Source: an uncultured Thermoplasmata archaeon (GTDB lineage: Archaea > Thermoplasmatota > Thermoplasmata > Halarchaeoplasmatales > Halarchaeoplasmataceae). From it: 19,919 nucleotides of DNA. Each line of letters opens with the position of its first letter. The first letter of the stretch is position 1. The notes beneath the pieces are model-generated. The model had not been told where the DNA came from, did not search any database, and worked only from the letters and a program-made list of their open reading frames with translations. The stretch is taken from contig CAYNQI010000019.1 of the NCBI GenBank assembly GCA_964399335.1, forward strand, positions 1-19,919, read 5' to 3'. The position numbers and the translations under genes are program-made. Below are positions 1 through 7,581 of this stretch, piece by piece.

Positions 1-298
1 GGTACAGTAACTCAGGTGGTTCGAACTCACCATCTATCTGAACCTCTACAGAGTGGCCATAAAGGGCTCTGATCCTGCCACCGTCGATCTCGAATCGATT
101 ACGGTCACTTTCCATGACTAACTTTTCAATCTTTTCCAAATCGATCCATTCGTAACCGGACTCTTTTAGATGAGATATGACCTCGTTTAGTGGTGCAAAA
201 CCTTCTTCATCCAGTTCTAAATTGGCTGTTCCAGGATCGTGCCTTAATATATATGATAGATGCTTACTCAATTTAGTGAATTTTTCAGATGTTACCAT
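1..298 (-). CDS. kptA: RNA 2'-phosphotransferase (Tpt1/KptA family), runs off the window edge (3' part missing)
   Basis: Not in the ORF track. Manual translation from ATG 298: MVTSEKFTKLSKHLSYILRHDPGTANLELDEEGF...NRFEIDGGRIRALYGHSVEV...EPPELLY. It has the SxxLSYILRH, RF(E) and IRAxYGHS motifs of Tpt1/KptA. Confidence 0.93.
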   Translation of the reverse strand, partial: MVTSEKFTKLSKHLSYILRHDPGTANLELDEEGFAPLNEVISHLKESGYEWIDLEKIEKLVMESDRNRFEIDGGRIRALYGHSVEVQIDGEFEPPELLY

Positions 299-366
299 GA
301 TGTCACTTAACAAATTTGATAGACACATTTATTTATCTTTCGTCACTACATAAACGCGTGGTATCC

Positions 367-636
367 ATGAACATCGCATTCGATTCGGTACTCCTAGGTA
401 TATTACTGGTTTTATCGATCCTAGGAACTATCACCTCTACGATATCTTACTTTCAGTTAAGAACAAGAAAGGTCATGGCGATAACGATTTTATTTAGCAT
501 TTTTCTCATAAAAAGTTCTGTGATGGCGGTCTCAAGGTTATGGTATCCCATCATCTCGAATTCCATAGACCCGATAATTTTAGTTCTAGATATATGTATT
601 TTAGCTGCGCTTTTCCTATACGGTTTTAAGGAGTGA
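367..636 (+). CDS. Small (~89 aa) membrane protein, 3 predicted TM helices; partner of the downstream wHTH regulator (module A)
   Basis: Three hydrophobic stretches; aligns by eye with 19556..19822. ATG 367 is preferred over TTG 316 because it matches the paralog's length and leaves room for a promoter. Confidence 0.8.
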   Translation: MNIAFDSVLLGILLVLSILGTITSTISYFQLRTRKVMAITILFSIFLIKSSVMAVSRLWYPIISNSIDPIILVLDICILAALFLYGFKE

Positions 637-642
637 CACCAC

Positions 643-1149
643 TTGACAGATGACACTTTAGAGCTTGGACCTAGAAAAAAGATCTACCAGACCATAGATG
701 ATTCACCAGGTCTTCATTTGAGGCAGATAGATCGCAAGCTCGATATCCCTCTAGGTACCATAAGGTATCATCTTAGAGTTCTAGAAAAAAAGGATCTAGT
801 CACCTCCAAAAAAGAAGGTAAGTACAAGAGATTTTACGCAAAAGGAAGTATCGATAGGAGCGACAAAAAGATACTATCATCATTAAGAAAAGAGATACCC
901 AGGACCATCATCTTGTTCTTGATGGAGTATCCCCGTTCCACTCACAAAGATATCAACGCAGCATTAGATATCGCACCTTCTACACTCTCGTATCATTTAA
1001 AGAGACTAAAAAACAAAAGTATAATCATCAACAAAAACAAGGAATACAGTATCAAAGACCCGGATAAGATCGCTGACCTGTTGATCCAATATCAACAAAC
1101 TTTCTTGGACAGTTTGGTGGATAGGTTCGTAAGGATCTGGAACAAGTAA
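643..1149 (+). CDS. Tandem winged helix-turn-helix transcriptional regulator (ArsR/MarR-like folds), module A
   Basis: Two HTH units (PGLHLRQIDRKLDIPLGTIRYHLRVLE; STHKDINAALDIAPSTLSYHLKRL). TTG start preceded by GGAGTGA. Paralog of 19013..19546. Confidence 0.88.
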   Translation: MTDDTLELGPRKKIYQTIDDSPGLHLRQIDRKLDIPLGTIRYHLRVLEKKDLVTSKKEGKYKRFYAKGSIDRSDKKILSSLRKEIPRTIILFLMEYPRSTHKDINAALDIAPSTLSYHLKRLKNKSIIINKNKEYSIKDPDKIADLLIQYQQTFLDSLVDRFVRIWNK

Positions 1150-1153
1150 TAGG

Positions 1154-4100
1154 TCATTCATCGTCTTTTGGATCCTTTTTCTTGAACTTGAATATCAATA
1201 GATTAAAAATCAAAATAAATCCTATAGATAGGGTAAATCTTCCAAACTCGAATTCTGGTATTGTGGTAATATCTACAGCCTCGTCGAAGGCACTGCTGTA
1301 ATAAGACCCTACATACAGTGTAGTTTCGTCGGTTACGTTACCAACATCCGCAGGGATCTCGATCTCCAAAGAAACATCGATAGATTCACCGCCGTTCATC
1401 CAACCGGTATCCGGGATACCATCATCAGTGGTGTCCCAGTCAGGGTTCACATGATCCCAATCTCCATCACCGCCTATATCCATAGCGATCAGTTCTCCAT
1501 GCTCGGAATACAGTGACACGTTGAACCCCTGAGAAGAAGTTACAAGCATATGGAATACATCGACGCCTGAACCTGTGTTCTGGATCGTATGTTCGTAAGT
1601 CACGTTACTACCAGCTTGAGCCGTATCGTTATGGTCGGGATACACATCTACACCAGATACCACATCGAACGTACCGTAGCCAAAAGAAGTAACACCGTTG
1701 GACTCGATAGCTTCGATCTTGATATCGTAACTTCCCGTAAGAGCGTCTTCAGGAAGGTCAAAAGAGTGAGTGAAATTCGCCCAGTAAGATGGGTCAGATG
1801 GATCAACTTCATCCAATTCCATCGGTTGGCCGTCTAAAAGCACGGTCCCGTTGGGATCAGATATCGAAACGTTAGCGCCGGCGATATCATAACTTCCTAT
1901 AGGATCACCTATCATAGCCTCGACACTGACTTCCTCACCGGCTGAGAATTCATCAGTTTCCACTTCACCGTCATAGGTTTTAACGTCCAAAACTTCGATA
2001 TATGTATCTGTAAGAACTTCTAACCTGGAATCGTACTCACCGCTGTTGTAAAGAACTGTTATATCAGCTTCACCGGTGGATACCTGTAATTCCAATGGAT
2101 TTCCCTTAGAAATCATGTGATCCGTTGAAAATGAGAAGGTATACCATCCTTCCTCTTCGATGTCGGTGATGGTATCAGTACCTATGACATCGCCTTCCTC
2201 GAATAGAGAAACCGTAACGTCGGGCACTCTATGACCGCTGGGATTAGGATCTATGTATATATGGACTAGAGCACTATCAATTAACGAAAAATCTTCAGCC
2301 ATGTCAGGATCCTGAACCCATAAATTACTCTCACCGGCTTCGATAGTGGTTTCAACGGTATCGTCTCCCATGAAAGTGTTCAAAATATCATCATTAAGCA
2401 AGTAAAATGTTTTCATCTCCTCTGACAAGGGGATCTCCGTAGTGAAAATAGCATCATCGGATACGTCCGTAAAATTCATGGAAACGGCATGTAACTCCGT
2501 CTCGTCTTTCAAACCTTCACTATCCTCTGGAACTACTTTTTCAAAAGAAAAGGTCTTCTCTTGGGTTTCCTCGATGAAGACTTCAAGCTCACCTGCAGAA
2601 TCCCAAGAAGTATCCACCCAATCCCACTCACCAGTACCACCTATATCTTCAGCGATCAAATACCCGTCGTAATATAGATTGGTTGTCCAACCTCTGCTGG
2701 ATACACCCGGTTCCAATTTGTACGAATCGTCGACATTACCTATGTTTTTCACATTTACTGTAAAATTAACTTTTTCTCCAGACTGGGCTATTTCATGTCC
2801 GTCAGGATAAACAGAAACTCCAGGATCATCGGGGATCGAAAAATATGTGACTCCAGTGTGTGCATTGTCCTGGTTATCCCAAGCGTTAACTCTCACTTCG
2901 TAGCTCCCGCTAGGTGTATAATCTTCTAAAATAAATGAATAATTATAAAGTGTGTAAAACGGAGGTTCCTGGCTATCACCATCATAAAATTCCATCTCAT
3001 CCTCTAAAAGGACAGAACCGTCCGGATAATAAACTGTGACTTGGTTTCCCTGGACTAGATCTGTGCTGATAGCATGTGTTACATTCCCCCTGATCTCTAC
3101 TTCGTCACCACCTTCAAAAAAGTCCTGTGACTCCCCGTCCTCATCAAAGGTCTCTACGTCAACCACTTCGATGGTAGTATTGGTCGGTAGCCTCAAGCGG
3201 GAAGCTCTATCTTGGGAATTGTAATATACATCTAACTCCAAAGACTCGGTATCCTCAGGACCAGTGATCGATGTAGTTAGAGTCAGTGATTCACCTTTTG
3301 GGATCTTATGGTAATCTAATTCTAATGGGATAGTGTACCAACCTTCGGAGGATAACCCATCTCTCTCTCCTTGAGATATCACTCCCGATCCTGTCGATAA
3401 AGTTACTCTGACCCCGGGTTTATTAGCGCCCCTAGGAGTGGGATCTAGATAAATCAAAGCCTCCATATCACCAGTTATCTCAAAGTCATCAGCAAACTCC
3501 TCAAACATCCAATCGTGTTCCCTTTCTCCATCTCTATTAACTAAATTCAAAATTGATTCATCAGTACCTCTTTGAGTCCGTAAAACATCGTTACCACGCA
3601 AGTAGAAATTTTGAGTGGTTTCAGTACTAGTGAGTACCATATTTGGACCATCCTGTACTGTGCTCAAAATCACAGAATCTCGATTGGTGCTCCAATCAGA
3701 AGTCACAAAAATAACTTCAAAGCCATCTAAAAGCCCTTCTAACCCATTACACACGAATTCCATAGAATTGCCAGTGATTGCAAAATCTAAATCAATATCC
3801 ATATCCGACCATCTACCACCACTCCATCGCTGAACTTCAAAATCCCGAACCTCACCGTACTGCCCTTTGAACCGTATCTTATACTCAGCCCTTGAACCCA
3901 TTATATCATAACCATCTCCATCACCGCTGTCGAGGTAGACTTCGATGGTATCTTCACCTGTACGTAATGGATCAGGTCTAGGACCGATGTACCTGGAAAC
4001 CTCTCTTCCCCAGTACCTTTCAGGTATCTTTGGATCCTCTGGAATAGTCGTGTTCAACCATTTATCGGGACCATACGGCCAATCAGCGACTCCGTCACCA

Positions 4101-6487
4101 TCTACGTCTGGAAGAAGTTCACCATCAACCTCCACGAACATCTCGGAATCTGGGGTACCGTCGTTAGTAAAGTCATTCGGATAAGGATCATATTTATCCG
4201 GGATCCCGTCACCATCGGAGTCTCTTAGTTCCTCAACATATCGTTCAACACCCTCAGGTATAGCTGTACCCCCAAGGATGTTATCCCGAGTGCTTAACAT
4301 GAAATAACCGCTGTCATCGAACATCTGCATACCATATCTCTTGATGTCGATGCGATCAGGTACATCACTTTCAGGAGCCTCCTCGTACCTTCCCCAATCA
4401 CCAAAGGCACCGTCTATAACCACTTCGTCGGGAACTTCTTCGAAGTAATAAAATCCACCTGAACCAACGATCCTATTCACTGCATCGGACTCTACATCGA
4501 CTATCTCCAACCCCACCATCTTCCCAGCTTCAACAGCAGGCACTCCCGATACAGAGACCCTAAATTCTTCTTCACTCTCAAGCTCCAAAGGAAGATCTAG
4601 TTCAGGGTCAAAAGATATGGATTCGAAATGTTCATCTCCTCTAAACTCCAAGGTTTCTACCTCTACAGGGCCCCCATAAGATCGGAATACGAGTTCGGAT
4701 ACGATAATATCAACACTTTCTAAAACGTCTTTATCTAAACCGCTTTGGTGAACTGTAAGCGATGGTTTATCAGGAGATATTAGCTGTTCAGCCTCAGCTT
4801 CGTTTCCAGTATGGTCCAAAGCTATCAATTGTGAATGAACTTCACGGCCCCTAACATACATATCTGGAAAAGAAAACTCTACCTCATTTCCAGATCTCTC
4901 TATCTCCAATCCTGCAAGATGTCTCCAACCGAACCAATTGTTATCGAGTGTTTCGTTCTCGTATCTGTAAAGCTGGCCGTACACACTATCACCCCATCCT
5001 TGTATCTTGACCATATACTGAGCTTCTAATTCACCGGTTCTATAGAACTCTGATCCATCTCCTGTTTGAATAAAAACATAGACGGCATCCATCCTTTTAT
5101 CGGATCCTCCGACTAAAGCATCCTCTTCCGTCTTAAAATAATAGTTAAGTCGGTCCCGGGACCTTTCTACAGCACATTCAACTATATTTGCACTCGGAGA
5201 GATACCTACCATTTCGATTTCTACCCTATCTACATCTTCCCAATCTTCGAAATCGCCGTCTATGACGATACCTTCATCCGGTTCTTCATAGATAAAAAAG
5301 TGAGCAGAGCCTAATAATATTCCAATTATCAAGAAAAATATCACAGCAGACACAACTGTTTTTTTCCATTTTAAACGGCGTTCTAATGAACGCTTTTCTT
5401 CCCTGAGGCCGTTGATAAAACCAGCCTCACTTTTAGAATCGGTCTTCGAACCGTTCTCCAAACCGTTGATAAAACCAGCCTCACCCTTAGAATCGGTCTT
5501 CGAACCGTTCTCCAAACCGTTGATAAAACCATCATCGTCCTTAAGTTTAGTATCCCCTTTAGATCCGTTTTCTAGTCCATTGATGAATCCGTCTCTCTGG
5601 GAATTCGGAAATCCGCTTAAATTTCTACTTTTTAACTTACGGGGAGATTTAGACAAGTCGAAACCATCCCCTTCGATCGATTTTAAAATATAGTCGACGT
5701 AAACTTTTGCATCTTCAAATTTACCTAAAGAATATATCTTTTTCAAGCGGGTCAAGTGGTTATCTATATCATTTATAAGTTCATCATCATCAAAGTGTTT
5801 TACCTTTTCATTCAGTTTATTTATCGAATCCCCAACAGATTCCATAACATCTATGCCGGACTCTAAATTTTTTAAGACCTCAAAACAGGCATGATATCTC
5901 CCTTCGGCCTCCAACTTTTTAATTTTATTGAGCAGTAAGTTTATCGACCTTATGTGTGATGAATAGATGAATTCTTCCTTCTCAAGGTTATTTATTCTTT
6001 CTCTTACGCCTTTCAATTTCTGATCCAACTCTATCTTTTTCTTTCTGTTATTCACAAATATGTTGACAAGATTTTCACCAATGTCGTGTTTCTTTGACTG
6101 TCTATCGATCATCCCAGATATCTTATTGTAAAATACATTGCCCTTACCAACTGGATGTACAAGTTCGCTTTTACTTTGTACGAATCTACCAACGATACTA
6201 TCTTCAGTTCTACCGTTGATAGTTTCTTCACAATACGGACATGTCTGATCATTTTCGAAATAAAAACCACAACTATCGCACTTCTCAAGATCATCAGTCA
6301 AATCCCTAGCACTCTCTAAAATCATTTTGGCCTTATGATCACCTATCCCAGGTATGTCTTTTAATTTATCATGACCTAATTCTAACAGACCCTCGACTCC
6401 TTTAATCCCTTCCCTTTCATATAAAATTTTAGCGGTTTGGTCCCCGATATATCGGATCCTCTTTAATCTGTTTAGTACCTCATTCAT
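1154..6487 (-). CDS. 1777-aa membrane-anchored surface protein: HhH, Zn ribbon, GFINGL repeats, TM, acidic Ig-like/beta-rich exodomain, PEF-CTERM-like tail
   Basis: Long ORF with SD GAGGAG before ATG 6487. IPGIGxxKA HhH motif, CDSC..CPYC, hydrophobic helix after RRLKWKK, DSDGDGIPD Ca-binding-like motifs, many NxT/S sequons, and terminal IPEF + hydrophobic helix + KFKKK. Confidence 0.9.
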   Translation of the reverse strand: MNEVLNRLKRIRYIGDQTAKILYEREGIKGVEGLLELGHDKLKDIPGIGDHKAKMILESARDLTDDLEKCDSCGFYFENDQTCPYCEETINGRTEDSIVGRFVQSKSELVHPVGKGNVFYNKISGMIDRQSKKHDIGENLVNIFVNNRKKKIELDQKLKGVRERINNLEKEEFIYSSHIRSINLLLNKIKKLEAEGRYHACFEVLKNLESGIDVMESVGDSINKLNEKVKHFDDDELINDIDNHLTRLKKIYSLGKFEDAKVYVDYILKSIEGDGFDLSKSPRKLKSRNLSGFPNSQRDGFINGLENGSKGDTKLKDDDGFINGLENGSKTDSKGEAGFINGLENGSKTDSKSEAGFINGLREEKRSLERRLKWKKTVVSAVIFFLIIGILLGSAHFFIYEEPDEGIVIDGDFEDWEDVDRVEIEMVGISPSANIVECAVERSRDRLNYYFKTEEDALVGGSDKRMDAVYVFIQTGDGSEFYRTGELEAQYMVKIQGWGDSVYGQLYRYENETLDNNWFGWRHLAGLEIERSGNEVEFSFPDMYVRGREVHSQLIALDHTGNEAEAEQLISPDKPSLTVHQSGLDKDVLESVDIIVSELVFRSYGGPVEVETLEFRGDEHFESISFDPELDLPLELESEEEFRVSVSGVPAVEAGKMVGLEIVDVESDAVNRIVGSGGFYYFEEVPDEVVIDGAFGDWGRYEEAPESDVPDRIDIKRYGMQMFDDSGYFMLSTRDNILGGTAIPEGVERYVEELRDSDGDGIPDKYDPYPNDFTNDGTPDSEMFVEVDGELLPDVDGDGVADWPYGPDKWLNTTIPEDPKIPERYWGREVSRYIGPRPDPLRTGEDTIEVYLDSGDGDGYDIMGSRAEYKIRFKGQYGEVRDFEVQRWSGGRWSDMDIDLDFAITGNSMEFVCNGLEGLLDGFEVIFVTSDWSTNRDSVILSTVQDGPNMVLTSTETTQNFYLRGNDVLRTQRGTDESILNLVNRDGEREHDWMFEEFADDFEITGDMEALIYLDPTPRGANKPGVRVTLSTGSGVISQGERDGLSSEGWYTIPLELDYHKIPKGESLTLTTSITGPEDTESLELDVYYNSQDRASRLRLPTNTTIEVVDVETFDEDGESQDFFEGGDEVEIRGNVTHAISTDLVQGNQVTVYYPDGSVLLEDEMEFYDGDSQEPPFYTLYNYSFILEDYTPSGSYEVRVNAWDNQDNAHTGVTYFSIPDDPGVSVYPDGHEIAQSGEKVNFTVNVKNIGNVDDSYKLEPGVSSRGWTTNLYYDGYLIAEDIGGTGEWDWVDTSWDSAGELEVFIEETQEKTFSFEKVVPEDSEGLKDETELHAVSMNFTDVSDDAIFTTEIPLSEEMKTFYLLNDDILNTFMGDDTVETTIEAGESNLWVQDPDMAEDFSLIDSALVHIYIDPNPSGHRVPDVTVSLFEEGDVIGTDTITDIEEEGWYTFSFSTDHMISKGNPLELQVSTGEADITVLYNSGEYDSRLEVLTDTYIEVLDVKTYDGEVETDEFSAGEEVSVEAMIGDPIGSYDIAGANVSISDPNGTVLLDGQPMELDEVDPSDPSYWANFTHSFDLPEDALTGSYDIKIEAIESNGVTSFGYGTFDVVSGVDVYPDHNDTAQAGSNVTYEHTIQNTGSGVDVFHMLVTSSQGFNVSLYSEHGELIAMDIGGDGDWDHVNPDWDTTDDGIPDTGWMNGGESIDVSLEIEIPADVGNVTDETTLYVGSYYSSAFDEAVDITTIPEFEFGRFTLSIGFILIFNLLIFKFKKKDPKDDE
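5409..5590 (-). repeat. Coding tandem repeat: two 54-bp units plus degenerate copies, encoding four GFINGL motifs
   Basis: Units 5409-5462 and 5463-5516 differ at 2 nt. The third unit starts at 5517 with 14 identical nt and then diverges (60 bp). A fourth motif lies at 5577-5590. Confidence 0.95.
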
Positions 6488-6597
6488 TGCTCCTCTTTTA
6501 ATAAGAAATCTTGATCATGCTAATAATTTATTTGGTTCCTTAAAAACATTCCTTATTCCTATTGATGAATACTATATTGAATTTAGTGACTACGTAA

Positions 6598-6614
6598 GGA
6601 AAAGTTTTAAAATA
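6598..6614 (+). promoter_or_regulatory. Putative BRE/TATA promoter of the trxB-like gene
   Basis: GGAAAAG followed by TTTTAAAA (6605-6612), ending 28 nt before ATG 6641. Confidence 0.55.
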
Positions 6615-6640
6615 AGTTCATAGGATGAAGTTTAGATACG

Positions 6641-7552
6641 ATGTATGACGTTTTAGTAGTAGGTACAGGTCCCGCAGGTTATACTGCTGCACTCTACGCC
6701 GCAAGATACAAACTCGATACAATAATGATCGGAGAGATGCCTGGGGGCTTGATATCTGAAGCACCAGATGTTTGCAATTTTCCCAGTAGAAAGAGTATCA
6801 GTGGGATGGAACTAGCCAGCAAGATGGAAGAACAGGTAAAAGACCTGGGTGTAGAAGTTGTTTATGATAAAGTCGAAGACATCAAAGGCAGCGATAATGA
6901 CTTCAATATCGTCGCTTCAAGAGATGGATATAAAGCGAAAAAGGTAATTCTGGCTACAGGTCAGGAAAGAAGAAGGCTTGGTTTGGAGAGAGAAGGTAAA
7001 TTAACTGGTAGAGGTGTGAGTTACTGTGCTACTTGCGACGCAGCATTCTATAACGATAAAACGGTAGGTGTTGTAGGTGGTGGAGATGCTGCACTGGCTT
7101 CAGCACTATTACTAGAGGAATATGCTGAAAGGGTTTATATCTTATACAGGAAAGATAATTTCTTCCGTCCGGAACCCATCAGGGTCGAAGAGGTGGAACA
7201 AAACGAGAATACCGAATCTATCTTTAACGTTAATGTCGAAGAACTCATAGGAGATAAAAAACTCACTAGTGTCAGGCTAGATAACGGTGAAACTCTGGAA
7301 CTCGATGGTCTCTTCATAGAAATAGGTTCGATACCCAACAACGAACTGGCAAAACAGATAGGGGTCAAAATCGTCGATGATGGTTATATCAAGACAGATG
7401 AGAATAGAAGAACTAATGTTCCAGGTATATACGCAGCCGGGGACATAATCGACTCGCCGTTAAAACAGGCTATAACCGCTGCGGGACAGGGCGCAGAAGC
7501 TGCTGCCTCGGTTTATGAAGATATTCAAAGGCAAAGGGTAAGAGATGAATAA
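6641..7552 (+). CDS. trxB: Thioredoxin reductase-like FAD-dependent disulfide oxidoreductase
   Basis: GTGPAGYTAALY FAD-binding motif, GRGVSYCATCD redox CxxC, VGGGDAA, and T.VPGIYAAGD motif. Confidence 0.92.
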   Translation: MYDVLVVGTGPAGYTAALYAARYKLDTIMIGEMPGGLISEAPDVCNFPSRKSISGMELASKMEEQVKDLGVEVVYDKVEDIKGSDNDFNIVASRDGYKAKKVILATGQERRRLGLEREGKLTGRGVSYCATCDAAFYNDKTVGVVGGGDAALASALLLEEYAERVYILYRKDNFFRPEPIRVEEVEQNENTESIFNVNVEELIGDKKLTSVRLDNGETLELDGLFIEIGSIPNNELAKQIGVKIVDDGYIKTDENRRTNVPGIYAAGDIIDSPLKQAITAAGQGAEAAASVYEDIQRQRVRDE

Positions 7553-7581
7553 TCAACTAAATTAGGAGATATAAAAACCAT

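Noticed and set aside
319-340. GATA-N3/4-ACATTTAT seen upstream of both modules (also ~19872-19887)
   Set aside because: Short, AT-rich, unequal spacing and opposite orientation relative to the two modules; probably TATA-related or chance.
316-366. TTG 316 as start of the membrane protein
   Set aside because: It would occupy the shared divergent promoter region and add an extension absent from the paralog.
5409-5590. Direct repeats as a CRISPR array
   Set aside because: Units are contiguous with no unique spacers, keep the reading frame (54/60 bp), and no cas genes are present.
1589-6294. Short plus-strand ORFs inside the giant gene, including the repetitive 5412..5693
   Set aside because: Antisense shadows; their repeats simply mirror the coding repeat.
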